Notes under the pieces: model-generated
What the model saw: the letters and a program-made list of their open reading frames with translations, nothing else
Told to the model about the DNA's origin: nothing
Database searches by the model: none
Program-made: the position numbers and the translations under genes
IMG/VR virus record: IMGVR_UViG_2541047596_000006
DNA length: 11,137 nucleotides
Strand: one strand, 5' to 3'
From: a virus
Lineage: Duplodnaviria; Heunggongvirae; Uroviricota; Caudoviricetes
Shown here: in pieces, positions 1 to 6,714 of the stretch
Position numbering within the stretch: the stretch's first letter is position 1
How the letters are laid out: every line of letters begins with the position of its first letter

Positions 1-19
1 CTATTTGATAAATATTAAA

Positions 20-1315
20 TTAATTTTTCATTGCTTCGTTATGGGGCATGGTTGGGGCAAACTCGCTTAACTGTGTATTTAACAAAGCTACCTGTGCATT
101 ATTGTTTTCAGACATCCATTTTCCGTATACCTGAAATACCATTTGCGCATCTGCATGGCCCATCTGGTTTGCTATAAATGCCGGGTTAGCACCAGCTGTC
201 AGCGACCAGCAGGCATAAGTATGTCTCGACTGATATGATTTTCGATGGCGGAGTCCGGCACGTTTTATCGCTGCGTCCCACATCTGCCTTATTGAGTCAA
301 CGGTAAAATGGTCACCATAATTTTTTACTCTCGCTGACACTTCAGGTTGAAAAACAAAGGTGCATTTTTGTTTTTCTGTTCTGCCATACTCTCTGAGGTG
401 AACATCAATGATATGCTCTTTGCTCAGTCTCGTTAATGTCATCTGACTCCGGAGAGCGTCGATTGCTGGCTTAATAAGATGAATGACCCGATTGGTTCCC
501 GCCTGTGTTTTTGGTACCGTGAAACGGTCTTTTGCTAAATTTCTCCTGATCATCATTGTTCCATTTTTCAGATCTATGTCCTCCCATCCAAGTGCACACA
601 GCTCACCAGGGCGAACGCCAGTATAAACAGAAACACACCATAAATTTTTTGCTTGCTGATTTCTGCACGCATCGATAAGACGGATAAATTCTTCCCGCGA
701 AAGAGGATCCGGAATGGTTCTTGATTCCTTTAATGGCGAGATCCCCTTAAACGGATTATCTGCCAGGTAACCGTTATCAACACCAAACTGGAACACGGCG
801 TTAAGATTTGTCATGTAATTAATTACAGTTACAGCCGATCTCCCTGGTTGTGTAACAATATAGTTACTTTTGGGGATCTGGTATCCAGTCAGTAACTCTT
901 TACGAACCTCCAGTAATTTTTCTTTATTAATCGATGAGGCAAGATTTTTTTCACCGATTATGCTCAGGATATTTTTGATGACGGCACGGTATGTGTTGAG
1001 TGATGTTTTGGCGACTTCAGTTTCTTTCAGTGCCAGAAATTTTTCAGCCAGTTCTTTTATGGTTAAATCTTGTCGGGCCTCACCAAATTTTTCCAGATTG
1101 CGTGAGGAGGGAAACTGTTTTGCATAGTCGAAAACACCAGTTTTTATTGCGTAACAAACAGAGGAGCGTAGTTCACCTGCAACGCGCCTGTTTTTTGCTG
1201 TGTCAGGAACCCCCAGATTTTCCCTGACTCTTACGTCTTTATAAACAAACCAGATACGTAATTTCCCTCCATGGTTTTCCACGCCTGTCGGATATTTCAT
1301 TTCAACTTCTCTCAT
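20..1315 (-). CDS. Phage-type tyrosine integrase (site-specific recombinase), 431 aa
   Basis: Longest ORF in the window. The C-terminal half carries the tyrosine-recombinase catalytic layout (conserved R, then H-x-x-R, then a Y near the C-terminus: ...HTYACW...). Position at the element edge with an xis-like ORF immediately upstream on the same strand is typical of lambdoid int. An alternative start at Met6 (MKYPTG...) is possible. Confidence 0.88.
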   Translation of the reverse strand: MREVEMKYPTGVENHGGKLRIWFVYKDVRVRENLGVPDTAKNRRVAGELRSSVCYAIKTGVFDYAKQFPSSRNLEKFGEARQDLTIKELAEKFLALKETEVAKTSLNTYRAVIKNILSIIGEKNLASSINKEKLLEVRKELLTGYQIPKSNYIVTQPGRSAVTVINYMTNLNAVFQFGVDNGYLADNPFKGISPLKESRTIPDPLSREEFIRLIDACRNQQAKNLWCVSVYTGVRPGELCALGWEDIDLKNGTMMIRRNLAKDRFTVPKTQAGTNRVIHLIKPAIDALRSQMTLTRLSKEHIIDVHLREYGRTEKQKCTFVFQPEVSARVKNYGDHFTVDSIRQMWDAAIKRAGLRHRKSYQSRHTYACWSLTAGANPAFIANQMGHADAQMVFQVYGKWMSENNNAQVALLNTQLSEFAPTMPHNEAMKN

Positions 1316-1334
1316 TAGTTAGTGTGGCTTTTAG

Positions 1335-1667
1335 TCAAGTAAGATGACGTCTTGGTCTCGCTGATGCCTGGCGCTCAATCCAGCGATCAATTTCTTCCAG
1401 GTTGTAAAAGCATGGACTGTTATCCCATGGCATACCGTCATGAGCGACATGCTTATATTCCCTTCCTTCCATAAACGATTTTTCCCGGGCCTTTTTTAAC
1501 GTACCTTTTTTTATTCCTTTCAGCGCAATTAACTGCTCTTCGGATGAGCGTTCTTGCCAGAGAGCTGGTAGCCAGTGGCGATGTATACAACTCCGGCTAC
1601 GGGTTATTCCCCTCTGAACAGGCGCGTAAGGACTGGCAAAACGCCCGCAAAAAACTCTCGAGGGCAA
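1335..1667 (-). CDS. Excisionase-like protein (lambda Xis-like segment in the C-terminal half); start codon uncertain
   Basis: The ORF ends 20 nt upstream of the int start on the same strand. The segment ...GTLKKAREKSFMEGREYKHVAHDG... resembles the lambda Xis core (...WVRECRIFPPPVKDGREYLFHESA...). The N-terminal 45 residues are Cys/Arg-rich and overlap a plus-strand ORF, so the true start may be internal or the gene may be decayed. Confidence 0.4.
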   Translation of the reverse strand: MPSRVFCGRFASPYAPVQRGITRSRSCIHRHWLPALWQERSSEEQLIALKGIKKGTLKKAREKSFMEGREYKHVAHDGMPWDNSPCFYNLEEIDRWIERQASARPRRHLT

Positions 1668-1840
1668 AGGTGAAGAAACCTGCTGTGGTTGATCCGGACC
1701 TTATCTGGTCATCACCTGACGGAGAAATACGTCGCTACGACAGTCGCCTAAACATAATCTGTCGCGAGTGCCGGAAGAGCGAAGTTATGCAGCGCATACT
1801 GGCTTTCTATCAGGGTAATTTTCAGGACGTGGCGCAGTGA
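1544..1840 (+). CDS. Hypothetical protein, overlapping the xis-like ORF on the opposite strand
   Basis: The ORF stop overlaps the GTG start of the downstream methyltransferase ORF by 4 nt (GTGA), a pattern typical of translational coupling. A GTG at 1670 preceded by GAGGG is an alternative start giving 56 aa and avoiding most of the overlap with xis. No family recognised. Confidence 0.3.
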   Translation: MSVLARELVASGDVYNSGYGLFPSEQARKDWQNARKKLSRAKVKKPAVVDPDLIWSSPDGEIRRYDSRLNIICRECRKSEVMQRILAFYQGNFQDVAQ

Positions 1841-2193
1841 GTGCACCGGCAACCATTCTTGATATGTGCTGTGGCAGCCGCATGTTCTGGTTCGATAAGT
1901 CTGACGAACGGGCGATATTCAGCGATATCAGAAAAGAAGGATACACATTACGCAATGGGAGACGCTTGATTATCAGCCCTGACATTATCGCAGATTTTCG
2001 TGCATTATCATTTGCAGACGCATCTTTTTCGATGGTTGTATTAGACCCTCCGCATCTTGAGAGTGTTGGTGATAACGCCTGGATGGGAAAGAAATATGGA
2101 CGGCTGAATAAAGATGCCTGGCGTGATGATTCGCGACAGAGATTTAAAGAAGCCTTTCGGGTGTTGAGGCCGCACGGCGTTCTGATTTTTTAA
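1837..2193 (+). CDS. SAM-dependent amino-methyltransferase fragment (N6-adenine/N4-cytosine type), probably truncated by a premature TAA
   Basis: Motif I-like LDMCCGSR (SAM-binding glycine-rich loop) and, about 55 residues later, a motif IV-like VVLDPPH ((D/N)PP(Y/F/W/H) amino-methyltransferase signature). 118 aa is too short for a complete methyltransferase fold, and the same frame stays open for 29 more codons after the TAA at 2191-2193 (to 2283). Confidence 0.55.
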   Translation: MSAPATILDMCCGSRMFWFDKSDERAIFSDIRKEGYTLRNGRRLIISPDIIADFRALSFADASFSMVVLDPPHLESVGDNAWMGKKYGRLNKDAWRDDSRQRFKEAFRVLRPHGVLIF

Positions 2194-2455
2194 TGGAATG
2201 AAACGCAAATACCGGTAAGCCAGATTCTGGCACTGACAGACAGAAAACCTGTTATCTGTCAACGAACAGGGAAAAAACGATAAAACCCACTGGATTATTT
2301 TTATGAAAGAGGCATCCAGTGAGTAGATTCGTAAGGCTACAGATACGTATATCTGAATAATTAAATTCAGTTCTGTAAATAAAATTTAATCCTTAACCGG
2401 ATGGATTTCTGCACCCTCAGAACATCAGGAGGCCGCCCGAAAGGGCGGTAGTGAA

Positions 2456-2638
2456 ATGCGAAAGTTCAAAATTATTATTGAAACGGGAATAGCTGGTGGA
2501 GATTTTGAGGATGTATTCGAAGTGGACGATGACGCAACACCTGAGGAAATTCATGACGGAGCATAAGAAATTTTCTTTAACTACTGCAATTACTCATACC
2601 ACGAAATAAAAGACGATGAGGAAGAACAAAGTGGCTGA
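2456..2638 (+). pseudogene. Small acidic ORF interrupted by one in-frame TAA (at 2564-2566)
   Basis: ATG at 2456 encodes MRKFKIIIETGIAGGDFEDVFEVDDDATPEEIHDGA, then TAA; the same frame continues as EIFFNYCNYSYHEIKDDEEEQSG to a TGA at 2636-2638. Protein-like composition on both sides of the stop. Confidence 0.3.
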
Positions 2639-2807
2639 TTTTTGTTCAGCTAAATATAACATCAGTTTTGAAGAGCGGGATGAACTATTAATGGACTATG
2701 GTGAGTTACGCGGTGGAAGTGCTGCTGATGTCGAATCCTAGCGTGATGACTATGAAGCGGGAAAAACTCCGGTCGAAGCATATTGTGATGAGTGGGGCGA
2801 TGAATGA
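2616..2807 (+). pseudogene. Small ORF interrupted by one in-frame TAG (at 2739-2741)
   Basis: MRKNKVADFCSAKYNISFEERDELLMDYGELRGGSAADVES, then TAG, then RDDYEAGKTPVEAYCDEWGDE ending at TGA 2805-2807, which overlaps the next ATG (ATGA). There is no in-frame start after the amber codon. Confidence 0.3.
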
Positions 2808-3090
2808 GCGAGATTAATTATCAGGAAGGGCATGAAACGGCGGGGCAAGCAAAACCAGTGGCATGGCGATATCGCTACGTGAAAAAAGGCGTTACGGACT
2901 TTCAGGGGAAGTAGTGGTCTGGTGACTGGAAATATGTACCGAAAAAAGAGGATTGTAACGACAGGCCGAACTATCAAATTCAGGCCTTATTCACTGCCTC
3001 ACCAGTCCCAGTTACATCAGAAGAACTGGTTAAAGCTGTGCACTTTTATGAACAACTAAAACGCGAAAATCCACCAACATCCGGCAACTA
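2804..3090 (+). pseudogene. 94-codon ORF interrupted by one in-frame TAG (at 2912-2914)
   Basis: MSEINYQEGHETAGQAKPVAWRYRYVKKGVTDFQGK, then TAG, then WSGDWKYVPKKEDCNDRPNYQIQALFTASPVPVTSEELVKAVHFYEQLKRENPPTSGN. Protein-like on both sides and no start codon after the stop. The start is coupled to the upstream ORF by an ATGA overlap. Confidence 0.35.
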
Positions 3091-3345
3091 GATTAATGGA
3101 TTAACTATGTCGGTTAAACGACCAGCCAACTGAAAAAGCGGAAACCTGATTACAGGTTGCCAGATAAGGCAATGAGCTACCTGGCGCGGAACGGACTGAT
3201 AAGTATGGGGAATGTTTTACGATGAACCTTTAGACTAAAGAGTTTGTAACGCTATGTAAGTGATTTTTTCTGGTTTAGATATTTATATGTCCGGCCAAAT
3301 TGAGGTGTGTTTAAATGTAATTGCACATTGATTGTAGGAGGAATA

Positions 3346-3525
3346 ATGAAAAACGCATTGCAGTTTTTGTTTGTTGCGTTCTGGTTGTTCGCATCATGTA
3401 TGCCCATCATCTTCACAGCAAGGTATATGGAAAAAGTTGATGTTTTGATATTAATATTTGGATATATAAATGCCCTTTTTTTAGGGGTGTTCATGGCGGT
3501 CATGTGCATTGAATACTGGCGGTAA
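3346..3525 (+). CDS. Small predicted membrane protein (59 aa, two hydrophobic helices)
   Basis: ATG at 3346 preceded by a near-consensus Shine-Dalgarno (GTAGGAGGAATA-ATG). The product MKNALQFLFVAFWLFASCMPIIFTARYMEKVDVLILIFGYINALFLGVFMAVMCIEYWR has two hydrophobic segments separated by a short charged loop. The ORF track's 72-aa version starts at an upstream ATG (3307) without a ribosome-binding site. Confidence 0.5.
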   Translation: MKNALQFLFVAFWLFASCMPIIFTARYMEKVDVLILIFGYINALFLGVFMAVMCIEYWR

Positions 3526-3831
3526 ATACAGCGAACTCCATTGGTTTAGTTGGATATTTACTGTGCTGGACAAAAACGGTTTGCGGGGAAATCTTAGTTA
3601 AGTAGAATGACTGCGGGTGCTTGAGGCTATCTGCCTCGGGCATGGACACCAACGGCAGATAGAGAAAAGCCCCAGTTAACATTACGCGTCCTGCAAGACG
3701 CTTAACATTAATCTGAGGCCAATTTCATGCTAGACACATGTAGGTTAGCCTCTTACGTGCCGAAAGGCACGGAGAAGCAGGCTATTGTTAACACCAAGCT
3801 GTAATGTCCCCTTTGAACCATTCTAAAATGT

Positions 3832-3858
3832 CCCCAGACAATTCTCTGGGGGATTTTT
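3832..3858 (+). promoter_or_regulatory. Terminator-like hairpin (CCCCAGA-caattc-TCTGGGG followed by GATTTTT) directly upstream of the transposase ATG; its 3' arm contains the likely ribosome-binding site
   Basis: Seen in sequence: a 7-bp stem (5 GC pairs) and a T5 run ending 2 nt before the ATG at 3860. The GGGGG that would serve as Shine-Dalgarno is inside the stem. Insertion sequences commonly use such a structure to block read-through transcription or translation of the transposase. Confidence 0.4.
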
Positions 3859-3859
3859 C

Positions 3860-5173
3860 ATGATCAAAGAGACTGTTACGATGAGTCATAAGGAACTCCA
3901 CCGACTTCAGATTATTCAGGAACAAGCTGCGGCACGCATTGGCATTTCTATTCGGCAGGTTAAACGTCTGGTGCAACGGTATAGAAATGAAGGGCCTTCT
4001 GGTCTGGTTTCCCACCGACGTGGAAAGCGTCCTAATAATTCCTTTTCTACTGAATTCAGAGCAACAGTAATTTCACTCCTCAAAGGCCGTTACGCTGATT
4101 TTGGACCTACGTTTGCGTGCGAAAAATTGCGCGAGATACACGGTTTATCTTTATCCGTTGAAACTCTCAGAAAGTGGATGATAGAAGAGGGGTTATGGCG
4201 TGAACGCCGTCGTAAAATTGCCCGTATATATCAACGCCGCATGCGACGACCATCTTACGGTGAACTGATCCAGATTGATGGCTCACCTCATGACTGGTTT
4301 GAAAATCGAGGCCCCAGATGTACACTGATCGTTTTCATTGATGATGCCACCAGTGCGTTGATGGCGTTGCGTTTTGTGCCTGCTGAAACAACCCGGGCTT
4401 ACATGGAAACCCTCCGGGGTTACCTTAATGATCATGGCGTACCGCTCGCTCTCTACTCTGATAGACACAGTATATTCAGGGTAAATAACCCAGAGCGGGA
4501 AGGTGAGCTGACCCAGTTCACTCGTGCGATAAAGACACTGGGCATCGAGCCAATCCATGCCAACAGCCCGCAGGCAAAAGGGCGGGTAGAGCGCGCCAAT
4601 CAGACACTACAGGACAGGCTGGTCAAAGAAATGCGGCTTCAGAATATCAGTGATATTGAAACAGCAAATGCATGGTTGCCGACCTTTATTGAAGCCTATA
4701 ACAACCGGTTCGCTACGTCGCCTCGTACTACTGATAATGCTCATCTTGATGTGCACCATTCTGAAGAGGAACTGGGTTATATCTTCAGCCTACAGGCGAA
4801 GCGCGTTCTGTCTAAAAATCTCACTTTCCAGTACAAAAGCAGTGCGTTTCAGGTACGCAGTGAGGGCCGGGGATATCGACTTAGGCATTCGGTTGTTACT
4901 GTATGCGAGAACTTTGACGGTGAAATTAACGTTCTGTATGACGGGAAAGCGCTGGGCTGGGAAAAGTATGTTGATGGCCCGGAGCCTATACCACTGGATG
5001 ATGAAAAGAGTGTCCATGAACGAGTGGATAATGCCCGTATTGATTTACGCTCAAAATACTATGTTAAACCTAAAGCTGACCATCCCTGGCTTACGCGCCG
5101 AACGCAAAGTCATCAGCAAGTTAAGCCCCCGAAGTTACCTAAAAAGAAGCCTGATCCCGATAAAAAAGATTGA
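3860..5173 (+). CDS. DDE transposase of the rve/integrase-core superfamily with N-terminal helix-turn-helix; most consistent with the ISNCY (IS1202 group) or IS481 family
   Basis: 437 aa. N-terminal helix-turn-helix (...RIGISIRQVKRLVQRYRNEG...). Catalytic core with D (LIQIDGSPH), D (LYSDRHSIF) and E (KGRVERANQTLQ) at the spacing typical of retroviral-integrase-like transposases. Basic C-terminal tail. Met8 (MSHKELHRL) is an alternative start. Confidence 0.85.
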   Translation: MIKETVTMSHKELHRLQIIQEQAAARIGISIRQVKRLVQRYRNEGPSGLVSHRRGKRPNNSFSTEFRATVISLLKGRYADFGPTFACEKLREIHGLSLSVETLRKWMIEEGLWRERRRKIARIYQRRMRRPSYGELIQIDGSPHDWFENRGPRCTLIVFIDDATSALMALRFVPAETTRAYMETLRGYLNDHGVPLALYSDRHSIFRVNNPEREGELTQFTRAIKTLGIEPIHANSPQAKGRVERANQTLQDRLVKEMRLQNISDIETANAWLPTFIEAYNNRFATSPRTTDNAHLDVHHSEEELGYIFSLQAKRVLSKNLTFQYKSSAFQVRSEGRGYRLRHSVVTVCENFDGEINVLYDGKALGWEKYVDGPEPIPLDDEKSVHERVDNARIDLRSKYYVKPKADHPWLTRRTQSHQQVKPPKLPKKKPDPDKKD

Positions 5174-5564
5174 AACCAAGATCGATTCGGTTGAGTGCAT
5201 ATCCATTCATAGGGTAGATTCTTAAGTCGCGTTTCTGGTGTTCATTTTCGGGTGGTTTGTTACTTGTTTTACCGGGGATATGCCAGAAACGCGCTGAGTC
5301 AGTCTGGGCGGTGCGCGTAATGAGGCGTTATGGTAAATAGCCTATGCTAATGTCCGCTAAGAGCAAGAAGCGGAAGTTGGCAGTTTTGTGGACTGTCCCC
5401 ACAAAAGTGACTACAGAAATAGTTGCAATTCATAATTGATCATGGGTTGTCAGTTAAACTCGTGGCGATTTAAATAGACTAATTGGGAGTGCGTCCATTA
5501 CTTATATCTTGTAATGTTAACTATCAGAAATGATACAAAGATAATATGTCTTTAAAGAAAAGGC

Positions 5565-5595
5565 TGATGGCGAAAAGTGGCCCGATGAGGGCCAC
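5565..5595 (-). terminator. Rho-independent terminator downstream of flxA
   Basis: Plus-strand GTGGCCC-gatga-GGGCCAC (5577-5595) is a 7-bp GC-rich stem. On the minus strand it is followed by a T-rich tract. It lies about 15 nt past the flxA stop. Confidence 0.5.
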
Positions 5596-5609
5596 AATAC
5601 GGCTGTCAC

Positions 5610-5942
5610 TTAGACGTAAATATCAATGGTGCCAGCGGTATTTGTATCGTCTTTTTTCTCTTCTTTTTTATCAGGCTGAACTGTCGCGTCTTCATTCTTT
5701 TTCTCTGCCTGCTGCCTTAACAACTGCTCCAGTTGAGCCCAGAGGCTTTCAATTTGCTTCTGTACCAATGCAGCCATTTCTTTTTTCTGCTGTGTCGTCA
5801 TCCCCTCTTCCGATGAGATTTTCCCAAGCTTTTCAGTCAGCACCTGAATTTGTCTTGTGATTTTGGCTATTTCTGATGTTCCTTCCGGGGCGGAGTTGTT
5901 TGAAATAACGGTTGAGGTATTTCCCTGAATTGTGACAGACAT
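5610..5942 (-). CDS. flxA: FlxA (sigma-28-dependent flagellar-regulon protein encoded in the Qin prophage)
   Basis: The 110-aa product MSVTIQGNTSTVISNNSAPEGTSEIAKITRQIQVLTEKLGK...TIDIYV matches my recollection of E. coli FlxA in length and sequence. Shine-Dalgarno AAAAGGAGA sits 7 nt upstream. A sigma-28-type promoter lies just upstream. Confidence 0.85.
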   Translation of the reverse strand: MSVTIQGNTSTVISNNSAPEGTSEIAKITRQIQVLTEKLGKISSEEGMTTQQKKEMAALVQKQIESLWAQLEQLLRQQAEKKNEDATVQPDKKEEKKDDTNTAGTIDIYV

Positions 5943-5965
5943 AGATTTCTCCTTTTAAAAAAGCA

Positions 5966-5992
5966 CTATCGGCATGCACAAAAAAATCTTTA
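5966..5992 (-). promoter_or_regulatory. Sigma-28 (FliA) class promoter for flxA
   Basis: On the minus strand TAAAGATT-N11-GCCGATAG, against the FliA consensus TAAAGTTT-N11-GCCGATAA (14 of 16 positions, exact 11-nt spacer). The -10 element lies about 25 nt upstream of the flxA ATG. Confidence 0.6.
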
Positions 5993-6144
5993 ATCGTATT
6001 TCTTGTGTCATTAATTGTTTGATGTTCAGATTGTTTTCCTCGCGGGCTGGCGCGCCTCAGAAAGTAAAGCTTGTTGACAGGGGTAAACGTTCGGCAATAA
6101 TTTTCTGCCGCATGCGGGTGTTGCATAAAACGTGTTACGTTCCT

Positions 6145-6450
6145 TTATCGACAGGTCAGGTCACCGCTCACCCGCCGACGAGAAAGCAACACTGACATGC
6201 TAAAGCAAAAAATAGATGAATAAGTTGAGTTGTGCATATGTAGCCTGACCGTCACAAAGTATATGGTGTCTGTACCAGTAAGATGATGGCCGGACTCTTT
6301 AAAAACGAGCAGACCTGCACAATACAGGATGGACTTAGCAATGGCTGCTCCTGGCACAAAGCGGACAGTGATCACCGTTCTTACGACTACTTTCTGACTT
6401 CCTTCGTGACTTGCCCTAAGCATGTTGTAGTGCGATACTTGTAATGACAT
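6145..6450 (-). CDS. Hypothetical ORF between flxA and relB (ydfV-like position and length); coding status doubtful
   Basis: 101-aa ORF in the position where E. coli K-12 annotates the 101-aa ydfV between relB and flxA. The composition is atypical and there is no recognisable domain. Confidence 0.25.
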   Translation of the reverse strand: MSLQVSHYNMLRASHEGSQKVVVRTVITVRFVPGAAIAKSILYCAGLLVFKESGHHLTGTDTIYFVTVRLHMHNSTYSSIFCFSMSVLLSRRRVSGDLTCR

Positions 6451-6463
6451 TTGTAATTACAAG
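6411..6463 (+). promoter_or_regulatory. relBE promoter with overlapping operator palindrome
   Basis: TTGCCC-17nt-GATACT is a sigma-70-like -35/-10 pair. The inverted repeat CTTGTAAT-gacatttgta-ATTACAAG (6438-6463) contains two TTGTAAT hexads and overlaps the -10 element, consistent with RelB/RelE autorepression. Confidence 0.6.
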
Positions 6464-6474
6464 AGGTGTAAGAC

Positions 6475-6714
6475 ATGGGTAGCATTAACCTGCGTATTGA
6501 CGATGAACTTAAAGCGCGTTCTTACGCCGCGCTTGAAAAAATGGGTGTAACTCCTTCTGAAGCGCTTCGTCTCATGCTCGAGTATATCGCTGACAATGAA
6601 CGCTTGCCGTTCAAACAGACACTCCTGAGTGATGAAGATGCTGAACTTGTGGAGATAGTGAAAGAACGGCTTCGTAATCCTAAGCCAGTACGTGTGACGC
6701 TGGATGAACTCTGA
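6475..6714 (+). CDS. relB: RelB antitoxin (type II toxin-antitoxin)
   Basis: The 79-aa product MGSINLRIDDELKARSYAALEKMGVTPSEALR... is near-identical to my recollection of E. coli RelB. Its stop overlaps the relE start (TGATG). Confidence 0.95.
   Translation: MGSINLRIDDELKARSYAALEKMGVTPSEALRLMLEYIADNERLPFKQTLLSDEDAELVEIVKERLRNPKPVRVTLDEL

Larger units (their letters stand above)
3799..5416. mobile_element. Putative insertion sequence carrying the DDE transposase; boundaries approximate and unverified
   Basis: The candidate ends read CTGTAATG... (3799) and ...CTACAG (5416), which are short and imperfectly inverted. No convincing target-site duplication was found by eye. The element could instead begin further left and include the structured region from about 3540. 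Confidence 0.3.

Noticed and set aside
870-1227. Plus-strand ORFs 870..1127 and 1000..1227
   Set aside because: They lie entirely antisense within the well-supported integrase gene, have low-complexity translations and no ribosome-binding site. Likely frame shadows.
3252-3509. Minus-strand ORF of 85 aa
   Set aside because: Antisense to the small membrane-protein ORF that has a consensus ribosome-binding site. The translation is low complexity and Asn/Ile-rich, typical of AT-rich antisense frames.
3540-3800. Possible tRNA, tmRNA or retron ncRNA in the structured region
   Set aside because: No T-loop (GTTCGA-like) or CCA-end features, and no reverse transcriptase gene nearby. The region is kept as an unexplained structured element rather than a named RNA class.
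4283-5225. ORFs 4283..4558 (-), 4650..5225 (+) and 4790..5017 (-) overlapping the transposase gene
   Set aside because: Alternative-frame or antisense ORFs inside a CDS with clear DDE motifs; no independent support.
3799-5416. Clean IS terminal inverted repeats and target-site duplication
   Set aside because: Only a short CTGTA/TACAG match was found. The shared TGTCCCC motifs at the two ends are in direct, not inverted, orientation, and no flanking direct repeat of 5 or 27 bp is evident, so the boundaries are reported as approximate only.
5546-5860. Plus-strand ORF of 104 aa
   Set aside because: Antisense to flxA, whose product is recognisable; Ser/Leu-rich shadow frame.
5833-6195. ORFs 5833..6126 (-) and 5974..6195 (+)
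   Set aside because: They overlap the flxA promoter and 5' region, have no ribosome-binding sites and no recognisable features.
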